A DNA stretch of 64,000 nt from Ranitomeya imitator (Eukaryota). A model generated the notes under the pieces. That model saw nothing but the letters and a program-made list of their open reading frames with translations, did not search any database and was not told the DNA's origin. The stretch covers positions 27,032,001 to 27,096,000 of the forward strand of contig NC_091283.1 in assembly GCF_032444005.1 (NCBI RefSeq). Reading direction: 5' to 3'. The translations under genes and the position numbers were made by a program. This document shows positions 49,291 to 61,418 of the stretch, piece after piece (the stretch's first letter is position 1; each line of letters starts with the position of its first letter).

Positions 49291-50441
49291 AACCTGTATG
49301 TATAGGTCACATAAGATACACTTAGTCTCTGCTATACAGTATCTCAACAACTCGATCCAATATAGTATCTCTCTACAACCTGTCTCTATACAACATTTCC
49401 CAACAATAAACTGCTTCCCTAGGAGTTAAAACTCAGAAAGAACTTGGTGGTGCAACAAATCCATATACAATAGTTGTAAAAAAATGTATTTAAATTCATT
49501 AAAATATTCAACACAAAAAAGCAATACACCCTAGTGAATAATGTCCACCAAACAATACAAAACTATGTCAAAGTGAACAAGAGACTAAAGCATCAAAGAT
49601 GATTTAAAAGCAAAATTTATTTTAAATAATCTATAAAACCGAAAAACTGACAACAGAACTGTACAATATCATATTACAAAAAATGATAAGTGTAGAAAAC
49701 AGATCCAAATAATATAATAAAAGATACCAGACAAAATGTACTCCAGGGGAGAAAACCCACATATACAGCTATAATGAGCCGACTGCTATGTTTGCTAATG
49801 ACAGGTGTTATGAAGACAATCCAGAAACACAGTGTGCTTAGCGATCAGTGCGCACACAGTGATCTGACAAATACCCAAAAATACAAGAACGAGCTCTGAG
49901 ACGTGGAAACTCTGTAGACTGCACACCTGATCCTATCCTAAACACAACTAAAAGCGGCTGTGGATTGCGCCTAACAACTACCTAGGCAACTCGGCACAGC
50001 CTAAGAAACTAGCTAGCCTGAAGATAGAAAAATAGGCCTGACTTGCCCCAGAGAAATTCCCCAAAGGAAAAGGCAGCCCCCCACATATAATGACTGTGAG
50101 TAAGATGAAAAGACAAAACGTAGGGATGAAACAGATTCAGCAAAGTGGGGCCCGATATTCTAGGACAGAGCGAGGACAGTAAAGCGAACTTTGCAGTCTA
50201 CAAAAAACCCTAAAGCAAAACCACGCAAAGGGGGCAAAAAAACCCACCGTGCCGAACTAACGGCACGGCGGTACACCCTTTGCGTCTCAGAGCTTCCAGC
50301 AAAACAAAAGACAAGCTGGACAGAAAAAAAGCAACAAAAAATCAAAAAGCACTTAGCTATACAGAGCAGCAGGTCACAGGAACAATCAGGAGAAGCTCAG
50401 ATCCAACACTGAAACATTGACAATGAGGAAGGATAGCAGCA

Positions 50442-53400
50442 TCAGGTGGAGTTAAGTAATGAAGCAGTTAACGAGCTCACCAGAACACCTGAGGGAGGAA
50501 GCTCAGAAGCTGCAGTACCACTTGTGACCACAGGAGTGAATTCAGCCACAGAATTCACAACAGTACCCCCCCCTTGAGGAGGGGTCACCGAACCCTCACC
50601 AGAGCCCCCAGGCCGACCAGGATGAGCCGCATGAAAGGCACGAACAAGATCGGAACCATGAACATCAGAGGCAAAAACCCAGGAATTATCTTCCTGAGCA
50701 TAACCCTTCCATTTAACCAGATACTGGAGTTTCCGTCTAGAAACACGAGAATCCAAAATCTTCTCCACAATATACTCCAATTCCCCCTCCACCAAAACCG
50801 GGGCAGGAGGCTCAACAGATGGAACCATAGGTGCCACGTATCTCCGCAACAACGACCTATGGAATACATTATGTATGGAAAAGGAGTCTGGGAGGGTCAA
50901 ACGAAAAGACACAGGATTGAGAACCTCAGAAATCCTATACGGACCAATAAAACGAGGTTTAAATTTAGGAGAGGAAACCTTCATAGGAATATGACGAGAA
51001 GATAACCAAACCAGATCCCCAACACGAAGTCGGGGACCCACACGGCGTCTGCGATTAGCGAAAAGTTGAGCTTTCTCCTGGGACAAGATCAAATTGTCCA
51101 CTACCTGAGTCCAGATCTGCTGCAACCTATCCACCACAGAATCCACACCAGGACAGTCCGAAGACTCAACCTGTCCTGAAGAGAAACGAGGATGGAACCC
51201 AGAATTGCAAAAAAATGGAGAAACCAAGGTAGCCGAGCTGGCCCGATTATTAAGGGCGAACTCAGCCAACGGCAAAAAGGACACCCAATCATCCTGGTCT
51301 GCAGAAACAAAACATCTCAGATATGTTTCCAAGGTCTGATTGGTTCGTTCGGTCTGGCCATTAGTCTGAGGATGGAAAGCCGAGGAAAAGGATAGGTCAA
51401 TGCCCATCCTACCACAAAAGGCTCGCCAAAACCTTGAAACAAACTGGGAACCTCTGTCAGAAACAATATTCTCAGGAATGCCATGCAACCGAACCACATG
51501 CTGAAAGAACAAAGGTACCAAATCAGAGGAGGAAGGCAATTTAGCCAAGGGCACCAGATGGACCATTTTAGAAAAGCGATCACAGACCACCCAAATGACT
51601 GACATCTTTTGAGAAACGGGAAGGTCAGAAATGAAATCCATCGAAATATGTGTCCAAGGCCTCTTTGGGACCGGCAAGGGCAAAAGCAACCCACTGGCAC
51701 GAGAACAGCAGGGCTTAGCCCTAGCACAAATCCCACAGGCCTGCACAAAAATACGTACATCCCGTGACAGAGATGGCCACCAGAAGGATCTAGCCACTAA
51801 CTCTCTGGTACCAAAGATTCCTGGATGACCAGCCAACACCGAACAATGAAGTTCAGAGATAAGTTTATTAGTCCACCTATCAGGGACGAACAGTTTCTCT
51901 GCTGGACAACGATCAGGTTTATTCGCCTGAAATTTTTGCAGCACCCGCCGCAAATCAGGGGAGATGGCAGACACAATGACTCCTTCCTTGAGGATACCCG
52001 CTGGCTCAGATAAACCCGGAGAGTCGGGCACAAAACTCCTAGACAGAGCATCCGCCTTCACATTTTTAGAGCCCGGAAGGTACGAAATCACAAAGTCGAA
52101 GAGGGCAAAAAATAACGACCAACGGGCCTGTCTAGGATTCAAGCGCTTGGCAGACTCGAGATAAGTCAAGTTCTTATGATCAGTCAATACCACCACGCGA
52201 TGCTTAGCTCCTTCAAGCCAATGACGCCACTCCTCGAATGCCCACTTCATGGCCAGCAACTCTCGATTGCCCACATCATAATTATGCTCAGCGGGCGAAA
52301 ACTTCCTGGAAAAGAAAGCACATGGTTTCATCACTGAGCAATCAGAACCTCTCTGTGACAAAACCGCCCCTGCTCCAATCTCAGAAGCATCAACCTCGAC
52401 CTGGAACGGAAGAGAAACATCTGGCTGACACAACACAGGGGCAGAACAAAAATGACGCTTCAACTCCTGAAAAGCTTCCACAGCAGCAGAAGACCAATTA
52501 ACCAAACCAGCACCCTTCTTGGTCAAATCGGTCAATGGTTTGGCAATGCTAGAAAAATTACAGATGAAGCGACGATAAAAATTAGCAAAGCCCAGGAACT
52601 TTTGCAGACTTTTCAGAGATGTCGGCTGAATCCAATCCTGGATGGCTTGGACCTTAACTGGATCCATCTCGATAGTAGAAGGGGTAAAGATGAACCCCAA
52701 AAATGAAACTTTCTGCACACCGAAGAGACACTTTGATCCCTTCACAAACAAAGAGTTAGCACGCAGGACCTGAAAAACCATTCTGACCTGCTTCACATGA
52801 GACTCCCAATCATCTGAGAAGATCAAAATGTCATCCAAGTAAACAATCAGGAATTTATCCAGATACTCACGGAAGATGTCATGCATAAAAGACTGAAACA
52901 CAGATGGAGCATTGGCAAGTCCGAACGGCATCACTAGATACTCAAAATGACCCTCGGGCGTATTGAATGCAGTTTTCCATTCATCTCCTTGCCTGATTCT
53001 CACCAGATTATACGCACCACGAAGATCTATCTTAGTGAACCAACTAGCCCCCTTAATCCGAGCAAACAAGTCAGATAACAATGGCAAGGGATACTGAAAT
53101 TTAACAGTGATCTTATTAAGAAGGCGGTAATCAATACACGGTCTCAGCGAACCATCCTTTTTGGCTACAAAGAAGAACCCTGCTCCCAGTGGTGATGACG
53201 ATGGGCGAATATGTCCCTTCTCCAGGGATTCCTTCACATAACTGCGCATAGCGGCGTGTTCGGGCACGGATAAATTAAATAATCGACCTTTAGGGAATTT
53301 ACTACCAGGAATCAAATTGATAGCACAATCACAATCCCTATGCGGAGGTAGAGCATCGGACTTGGGCTCTTCAAATACATCCTGATAATCAGACAAGAAC

Positions 53401-54191
53401 TCTGGGACCTCAGAAGGGGTGGATGACGAAATCGACAAAAATGGAACATCACCATGTACCCCCTGACAACCCCAGCTGGATACCGACATGGAATTCCAAT
53501 CCAATACTGAATTATGGGTTTGTAGCCATGGCAACCCCAACACGACCACATCATGCAGATTATGCAACACCAGAAAGCGAATAACTTCCTGATGTGCAGG
53601 AGCCATGCACATGGTCAGCTGGGCCCAGTATTGAGGTTTATTCTTGGCCAAAGGTGTAGCATCAATTCCTCTCAATGGAATAGGACACCGCAAAGGCTCC
53701 AAGAAAAACCCACAACGTTTAGCATAATCCAAATCCATCAGATTCAGGGCAGCGCCCGAATCCACAAACGCCATGACAGAAAACGACGACAAAGAGCATA
53801 TCAAGGTAATGGACAGAAGGAATTTGGACTGTACAGTACCAATGACGGCAGACCTAGCGGACCGCTTAGTGCGCTTAGGACAATCAGAAATAGCATGAGT
53901 GGAATCACCACAGTAGAAACACAGACCATTCAGACGTCTGTATTCCTGCCGTTCAACTCTAGTCATAGTCCTATCGCACTGCATAGGCTCAGTTTTAACC
54001 TCAGGCAGTACCGCCAAATGGTGCACAGATTTACGCTCGCGCAAGCGTCGACCGATCTGAATGGCCAAAGACAAAGACTCATTCAAACCAGCAGGCATAG
54101 GAAATCCCACCATGACATCCTTAAGAGCCTCAGAGAGACCCTTTCTGAACAAAGCTGCCAGCGCAGATTCATTCCACTGAGTACTGACCAT
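50442..54191 (-). CDS. Gypsy Gag(C-terminal)-Pol polyprotein: zinc knuckle, protease, RT, RNase H, integrase, chromodomain
   Basis: 1249-aa ORF with CFYCGDSTHAISDC, FVDSGA, VYLDDILI, VDASEIG, H...HPG...C..C, SDRGSQF and EYIVEKILDSR...YLVKWKGY. Confidence 0.93.
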   Translation of the reverse strand: MVSTQWNESALAALFRKGLSEALKDVMVGFPMPAGLNESLSLAIQIGRRLRERKSVHHLAVLPEVKTEPMQCDRTMTRVERQEYRRLNGLCFYCGDSTHAISDCPKRTKRSARSAVIGTVQSKFLLSITLICSLSSFSVMAFVDSGAALNLMDLDYAKRCGFFLEPLRCPIPLRGIDATPLAKNKPQYWAQLTMCMAPAHQEVIRFLVLHNLHDVVVLGLPWLQTHNSVLDWNSMSVSSWGCQGVHGDVPFLSISSSTPSEVPEFLSDYQDVFEEPKSDALPPHRDCDCAINLIPGSKFPKGRLFNLSVPEHAAMRSYVKESLEKGHIRPSSSPLGAGFFFVAKKDGSLRPCIDYRLLNKITVKFQYPLPLLSDLFARIKGASWFTKIDLRGAYNLVRIRQGDEWKTAFNTPEGHFEYLVMPFGLANAPSVFQSFMHDIFREYLDKFLIVYLDDILIFSDDWESHVKQVRMVFQVLRANSLFVKGSKCLFGVQKVSFLGFIFTPSTIEMDPVKVQAIQDWIQPTSLKSLQKFLGFANFYRRFICNFSSIAKPLTDLTKKGAGLVNWSSAAVEAFQELKRHFCSAPVLCQPDVSLPFQVEVDASEIGAGAVLSQRGSDCSVMKPCAFFSRKFSPAEHNYDVGNRELLAMKWAFEEWRHWLEGAKHRVVVLTDHKNLTYLESAKRLNPRQARWSLFFALFDFVISYLPGSKNVKADALSRSFVPDSPGLSEPAGILKEGVIVSAISPDLRRVLQKFQANKPDRCPAEKLFVPDRWTNKLISELHCSVLAGHPGIFGTRELVARSFWWPSLSRDVRIFVQACGICARAKPCCSRASGLLLPLPVPKRPWTHISMDFISDLPVSQKMSVIWVVCDRFSKMVHLVPLAKLPSSSDLVPLFFQHVVRLHGIPENIVSDRGSQFVSRFWRAFCGRMGIDLSFSSAFHPQTNGQTERTNQTLETYLRCFVSADQDDWVSFLPLAEFALNNRASSATLVSPFFCNSGFHPRFSSGQVESSDCPGVDSVVDRLQQIWTQVVDNLILSQEKAQLFANRRRRVGPRLRVGDLVWLSSRHIPMKVSSPKFKPRFIGPYRISEVLNPVSFRLTLPDSFSIHNVFHRSLLRRYVAPMVPSVEPPAPVLVEGELEYIVEKILDSRVSRRKLQYLVKWKGYAQEDNSWVFASDVHGSDLVRAFHAAHPGRPGGSGEGSVTPPQGGGTVVNSVAEFTPVVTSGTAASELPPSGVLVSSLTASLLNST

Positions 54192-54619
54192 TTCCTAAAT
54201 TTCTGACAATATACTTCTATATCATCCTGACCCTGGCACAAAGCCAGCAAATTTTTCTCAGCCTGATCCACTGAATTAGGCTCATCGTACAGCAATCCGA
54301 GCGCCAGGAAAAACGCATCGACACTACTCAATGCAGGGTCTCCTGGCGCAAGAGAAAATGCCCAGTCTTGAGGGTCGCCGCGCAAAAAAGAAAAAATAAT
54401 CAAAACCTGTTGAATAGGATTACCAGAAGAATGAGGTTTCAAGGCCAGAAATAGCTTACAATTATTTTTGAAACTTAGAAACTTAGTTCTATCTCCAAAA
54501 AACAAATCAGGAATAGGAATTATTGGTTCTAACATAGATTTCTGATCAATAGTATCTTGAATTTTTTGTACATTTATAACGAGATTATCCATTGAAGAGC
54601 ACAGACCCTGAATATCCAT
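54180..54619 (-). CDS. Gypsy Gag N-terminal part (retrotransposon capsid domain), frameshifted relative to the long ORF
   Basis: ORF 54083..54676 contains PDLFFGDRTKFLSF...SFLRGDPQDWA...LCQGQDDIEVYCQKFRKW. The start is inferred at MDIQG. Confidence 0.8.
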
Positions 54620-56169
54620 GTCCACACCTGTGTCCAGAATCACCCAAATGTCTAGGGGGAAAAAAAAAGTGAACACAGAGCAGAAAAAAAAAAAAATGAT
54701 GTCAGAACTTTTTCTTTCCCTCTATTGAGAATCATTAGTTTGGCTCCTTGTACTGTTATGTTTGCTAATGACAGGTGTTATGAAGACAATCCAGAAACAC
54801 AGTGTGCTTAGCGATCAGAGCGCACACAGTGATCTGACAAATACCCAAAAATACAAGAACGAGCTCTGAGACGTGGAAACTCTGTAGACTGCACACCTGA
54901 TCCTATCCTAAACACAACTAAAAGCGGCTGTGGATTGCGCCTAACAACTACCTAGGCAACTCGGCACAGCCTAAGAAACTAGCTAGCCTGAAGATAGAAA
55001 AATAGGCCTGACTTGCCCCAGAGAAATTCCCCAAAGGAAAAGGCAGCCCCCCACATATAATGACTGTGAGTAAGATGAAAAGACAAAACGTAGGGATGAA
55101 ATAGATTCAGCAAAGTGGGGCCCGATATTCTAGGACAGAGCGAGGACAGTAAAGCGAACTTTGCAGTCTACAAAAAACCCTAAAGCAAAACCACGCAAAG
55201 GGGGCAAAAAAACCCACCGTGCCGAACTAACGGCACGGCGGTACACCCTTTGCGTCTCAGAGCTTCCAGCAAAACAAAAGACAAGCTGGACAGAAAAAAA
55301 GCAACAAAAAAGCAAAAAGCACTTAGCTATACAGAGCAGCAGGTCACAGGAACAATCAGGAGAAGCTCAGATCCAACACTGAAACATTGACAAGGAGCAA
55401 GGATAGCAGCATCAGGCGGAGTTAAGTAATGAAGCAGTTAACGAGCTCACCAGAACACCTGAGGGAGGAAGCTCAGAAGCTGCAGTACCACTTGTGACCA
55501 CAGGAGTGAATTCAGCCACAGAATTCACAAAAGCCGACTATCCAGACTCAATAAAGTGCTTGTGCAAAATATAGTGAATGGTCTTTCAAAACAGCAAACT
55601 GTATTCAAGTCTTTAGAGAAATACTAGTACGAGTGTAAAGGTGATCTGTAGCTCACATGGACTCCCGAATCCAACGTACGTTTTGCCTCAGTGGCTTTTT
55701 CAAGGAGTGAAGTCTGGTACTACTATATTTTGCACAAGCACATTATTGAGTCTGGATAGTCGGCTCATTATAGCTGTATATGTGGGTTTTCTCCCCTGGA
55801 GTACATTTTGTCTGGTATCTTTTATTATATTATTTGGATCTGTTTTCTACACTTATAATTTTTTTTAATATGATATTGTACAGTTCTGTTGTCAGTTTTT
55901 CGGTTTTATGTCTTATTTAAAATAAATTTAGCTTTTAAATCTTCTTTGATGATTCATTAAAATATGCAAACATGTAAAAAGCAAAGTTACTCAAAACAAT
56001 GCACCTATTTTTTCTATTCTATTCCTGTATATACATTAAATGAGTATACTCGGGACAACAGAAGGACTTGGGTATTCCAGTTAAAAGTAAACTGACCAGC
56101 AGAACTCAATTTCAAGCAGCAGGTACAAAACCAAACAAGATTTTAGGATGTATAACAAGAGACAGAAAA

Positions 56170-56520
56170 TCCCGTGATCCCAACGTATTATAAAATCCTG
56201 CGATCCCAACATATTGTTACCCCTTTATAAATCACTGATGACATCTAGAATATGGGATGCAGTTTTGGGCGACACATTTTAAAAAGGATATTCAAAAATT
56301 GGAGTCAGTTCAAAGGCGGGCAACCAGATTATTACAAGGGATGGAAGGCCTCTCATATAGATTGGTTGGAAAAGTTGGGCTTGTTTAGTTTAGAAAAAAG
56401 ACGCCTCAGAGTAGATCTCATTTACATGTATAAATGTGTGGTCAGTACAAAGGACTGGCACATGACTTATTCCTTCCAAAGGCCATATTAACGACCAGGG
56501 GCACTCATTACAGGTGAAAA
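56170..56520 (+). mobile_element. CR1 LINE ORF2 3' fragment
   Basis: PLYKSL...QFWA...[18 protein letters not shown] and [23 protein letters not shown]. Confidence 0.8.
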
Positions 56521-56531
56521 AAAGGAAATCA

Positions 56532-56644
56532 ACTTTCCAGGAAACTGTTCATGTAGGAATGCTCGGACCGGACACCCATAATGTGATGGTGCACCATCTT
56601 CGGTGTCAGGTCCGAGCATTCCTACATGAAGTTTCCTGGAAAGT
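56532..56644. repeat. Near-perfect 113-bp inverted repeat with a palindromic loop
   Basis: Arms 56532-56576 and 56602-56644; the loop contains GATGGTGCACCATC. Confidence 0.85.
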
Positions 56645-56703
56645 GGATTGGTCATCATCGGCCAGTTGAATGGCCACCAAGGTCTCCCTATCTGACCCCA
56701 TTA

Positions 56704-57409
56704 AGGTACCGTCACACTGAACGATATCGCTAGCGATCCGTGACGTTGCAGCATCTTGGATAGCGATATCGTTCAGTTTGACAGGCAGCAGCGATCTGGA
56801 TCCTGCTGTGCCATCGTTGGTCGGCGCAGAAAGTCCAGAACTTTATTTCGTCGCTGGACCTCCCGCAGACATCGCTGAATCGGCGTGTGTGACGCCAATT
56901 CAGCGATGTCTTCACTGGTAACCAGGGTAAACATCGGGTTACTAAGCGCAGGGCCGCGCTTAGTAACCCAATGTTTACCCTGGTTACCAGCGTAAATGTA
57001 AAAAAAAAAAAAAACACTACATACTTACATTCCGGTGTCTGTCCTCCGGCGCTGTGCTTCTCTGCACTGTGTAAGCGCAGCAGCCGGAAAGCACAGCGGT
57101 GACGTCACCGCTGCGCTTTCCGGCCGGCGCTTAGTGCAGAGAAGCAGAGCGCCGGGGGACAGACGCCGGAATGTAGGAATGTAGTGTTTGTTTTTTTTAC
57201 GTTTACGCTGGTAACCAGGGTAAACATCGGATTACTAAGCGCCGCCCTGCGCTTAGTAACCCGATGTTTACCCTGGTTACCAGGGGACCGGCATCGTTGG
57301 TGGCTGGAGAGCTGTCTGTGTGACAGCTCTCCAGCGACCACACAGCGACGCTGCAGCGATCGGGATCGTTGTCTAGATCGCTGCAGCGTCGCTTAATGTG
57401 ACGGTACCT
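56704..57409. mobile_element. PIF/Harbinger-type MITE
   Basis: TIRs aggtaccgtcacact and atgtgacggtacct, TTA/TTA TSD, nested palindromes. Confidence 0.85.
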
Positions 57410-58655
57410 TTAGACTTTTATCTTTGGGGTCATGTGAAGGCAATTGTCTATGCTGTGAAGATATGAGATGTGCAGCATTTGAAACAGATACTGGAAGCCT
57501 GCGCTAGCATTTCTTCTGCGGTGTTGCTATCAGTGTGTCAACAGTGGCAGAAGAGGGTTGCATTGACAATCCAACAAAATGAGCAGCACTTTGAACATAT
57601 TTTATAAGTGGTTATAAACTTGTAAATAACTCATGAAAGAATAAAGTTACATCAAAACCAAGCACATTGTTTTTCTTGTGAAATTCTCAATAAGTTTGAT
57701 GTGCCACATGACCTTCTTCCCATTGAAAAAAATAAAGTTGGATCCAAAATGTCCGACTTCAAAATGGCCGCAATGCTCACCACCCATCTTGAAGTTTTCC
57801 CATATACTAATGTGCCAATCATTCCCATTTTATTTAGGTGTATCCATATAACTGGCTCACAATGTAGATCACATAGGAAATACAATAGGATCGCTACACT
57901 GAGACTGTTTAGACTTCACATATTATTATTGAAGATTGCTGTATACATCAAATTATTGAGATAATGCAGTATACATCCACATAAGATACAATGAGATTAG
58001 TATATACAGATATACAGTATATTACATAGAAAACGCAGAGACTGCAGTATATATCACATAGGATACACTGGTTCTACTGTATACATCACCTAGGATACAC
58101 TTAACTTCTGAAATAATCATCAAACACATAGGACTCACTGAGATTCTACTGTAAATATTACAGAGGATACATAAAGTCTGTTTATACATCACATAGGATA
58201 TACTGAGTCTCTTTTGAATACATCACATAGAATACACTGAGACAGTGCTGTACGGATAATATAGGATACACTGAGACTCTGCGGTACAAATACAGTAAAA
58301 TAGGATACACCAATTCTCTGCTGTATATAGACATTGCTGTACACATCACACAGGATATACCGAGACTGTTGTAAACATCACATATAATACAGTTTATGCT
58401 CTACATAAATCAGAGTAAACATTGAGACTTCATTGCATACATCCCATAGGATACACTGAGACTGCTGTATGTTATATACATCACTTAAGATACAATGAGA
58501 CTCTGCTGTATATACATCACATAGAATACAGTGAGATTGTACTGTTATCAGCACATAAGATATACCAGGACTTTACTGTGTATATAACATAGGCTATATC
58601 AAGACTGCTCTGTATATCAGATACAATATATAATGAGACTGCTGTATACATCAAA

Positions 58656-59030
58656 TCTATATATATAATTGTCTAAGGGTTTTTCTGTCTGTCTGTCCTG
58701 GAAATCCCGCGTCTCTGATTGGTCGAGGCCGCCAGGCCTCGACCAATCAGCGACGGGCACAGCATTGCGACGATGATGTCATAAAGGTTGCCTCGACCAA
58801 TCAGCGACGGGCACAGTCTGCCGCGAATTCGCCTCGACCAATCAGCGACGGGCACAGTATCGACGTAGATATCATAATGGTTGCCATGGCGACGATGATG
58901 TCATAAAGGTTGCCTCGACCAATCAGCGACGGGCAGTCTGCCGTGAATTCTGGAATCATCATTGTCCATATACTACGGGGACATGCATATTCTAGAATAC
59001 CCGATGCGTCAGAATCGGGCCACAATCTAG
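58656..59030 (+). mobile_element. Non-autonomous Helitron, copy A
   Basis: 5' A|TC start, subterminal hairpin cccgat-gcgtcaga-atcggg, 3' CTAG end. Confidence 0.75.
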
Positions 59031-60094
59031 TCTACTATATAATTGTCTAAGGGTCACTTCCGTCTTTCTGTCTGTTGCAGATATTCATTGGTCACGGCCT
59101 CTGTCTGTCATGGAAATCCAAGTCGCTGATTGGTCGTGGCAAAACGCCCGCGACAGGCACAGTCCGGTGGCAAAATAACCGCTCCTTTCTCCCCGCAGTC
59201 AGTGCCCGCTCCATACTCCCTTCCAGTCAGCCCTCACACAGGGTTAATGGCAGTGTTAATGGACCGCAGTGTAATGCACTCCGTTAATGCAGCTATTAAC
59301 CCTGTGTGACCAACTTTTTACTATTGATGCTGCGTATGCAGCATCAATAGTAAAAAGATCTAATGTTACAAATAATAATTAAAAAAAGGGTTATTCTCAC
59401 CCTCCGACATGGCAAGCTGTCCTCGGCAGTGCAAGCGGCAGGTTCCGGTGCCAAGGATGCTATGCAAGGACCTGCCATGACGTCACGGTCATGTGACCAC
59501 GACGTCATCACAGGTCCTGCGCTCATACCAACCCTGGGACCGAAGCTGCCGCGTACACCGCACACAGGCGCTAGGACTTCAAAGGGCAAGACTTGAAGGG
59601 GCCTTCGGAAGGTGAGTATATGTTTATTTTTTATTTTAGTCTTTTTTAACCACGCATATAGTGCCCACATTGCTATATACTACGTGGGCTGTGTTACATA
59701 CTGCGTGGGCTGTTATACACTACGTAGCGGCGCAATACACTACCTGACTGTTATATACTACATGGGCTGTGCAATATACTACGTGCCTGTAAAATATACT
59801 ACGTGGCTCTACAATATACTACGTGGCTCTGCTATATACTACGTGGCAGACCAATATACTACGTACCTGTGCAATACACTACATAGCTGTGCAATACACT
59901 ACGTGGCTGTGGTATATACTACATGGCTGTTATATACTACATACTATGTACGCTGTGTTACATACTACGTAGCTGTTATATACCACGTCAGTTGTTATAT
60001 ACTACATCACTGTGTAATATAGTGCATAGCCTGTGCTATATAATACCTACATATTCTAGAATACCCGATACGTTAGAATCGGGCCACCATCTAG
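59031..60094 (+). mobile_element. Non-autonomous Helitron, copy B (head-to-tail with A; internal minisatellite of about 23 bp)
   Basis: Starts TCtactatataattgtctaagggt, hairpin cccgat-acgttaga-atcggg, ends CTAG|T. Confidence 0.75.
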
Positions 60095-61418
60095 TAGAAT
60101 ATATTGGGCCATCTTTGTACATCACATAGGATACACAGACTAATTTTGTATTCATCACATAGGACATACTGAAACTTAGCAGTTATAATCCCTCAGGACA
60201 CAATGAGACTCTGCCGTATATATCACATATCAAACATTGATACTCTTTTGTAAACATCACATAGGATACAGTGAGACTTTATACATCCCAAATTACACAT
60301 TAAGATTCTGCTGCATATAAATCACATGGGATATACTGAGATTCTGATCGATGCATTACATAAAATACATTGAGACTTTGCTACATACATCACATATGAG
60401 ATAAAATAGAATTGATACACAGACTCTGCTGTTTAGACTTCACATTATATACTAAGATTGCTGTATACATACAATGAGATTAGTACATATATTACATAGG
60501 AAACACTGAGACTGCTGTATAGAATATGCTGGTTCTGTTGTATACATGACATAGGATACACTAAAAATTCTGTAATATGCATCATATACATAGGATCCAC
60601 TGAAATTCTACTGTAAACATCACATAGGATATACGGAGTCTCTGTTAAATGTATCACATAGGATACACAGTGTTTTATAGATCATATAGGATGCAGAGAC
60701 TCTCCTATACAAATATAGTAACCTCTAATACACCAATTCTCTGCTGTATATAGACATTGCAAAATACATCACACGGGATACACCGAGACTGCTGTTTACA
60801 TGACATAAAACAGTGTCTATGCTGTATATACATCACAGGAGACATTGAGACTCTGTTGCATACATCCCATAAGATGATGCATTATTTTACATATCACATA
60901 GGATAAACCAAGACTGCTTTATACATCAGAAAGGTTACACCGAGATTCTGTTAGACACATCACATAGAATACATATATTCTGCTATATACATCACATTGG
61001 ATACACTGAGACCCTGATGTATGCATCACATAGGATGCAGAGACACTGCTGGAGAAATCACACAGGATAAACTGAGACTTCCGTATATACATAAGATATA
61101 CTGAGACTTTGCTGTATATGTATCACAAAGGATATATTGAGAATCTGCAGTTATACAGCACATAGGATGCAGAGACTGCTGTGTATACATCACATAGAAT
61201 ACACCAAGATGCTGTATACATCATATAGGATACACTGTGACTGTGATGTATACATCACATAGGATACAATGAGACATTGCTGTATTCATCACACAGAATA
61301 CACTGAGACTGCTGTACATATCACATAGGATGTACTTAGACTCTGCCATACACTTTATATAGGATACACTGAGACTGCTGCATGCATTCAATAGGATACA
61401 GTGAGACTCTGCTAAATA

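Larger units (their letters stand above)
49784..55532 (-). mobile_element. Full-length Ty3/Gypsy chromovirus LTR retrotransposon
   Basis: 779-bp LTRs (49784-50562 and 54754-55532) with about 8 mismatches by eye. Host duplication gccgac. Polypurine tract aagggggggggtac. gag-pol with chromodomain. Confidence 0.96.
49508..55951 (-). mobile_element. Penelope-like non-coding insertion with an inverted arm and a 14-bp TSD, split by the Gypsy element
   Basis: 49591-49783 plus 55533-55585 is the reverse complement of 55721-55951. TSD attcattaaaatat (49494-49507 and 55952-55965). Degenerate hammerhead-like tccTTGAAAAAGCC-actga-GGC-AAAA-CGTACG-TT-gga on the minus strand at about 55668-55710. Confidence 0.7.

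Noticed and set aside
48390-49325. Duplicated hydrophobic ORFs (MSLPGFVLLVFCLLFF...) suggesting a membrane-protein pair
   Set aside because: They are T-rich translations of the two arms of one inverted repeat, with no splice or domain evidence.
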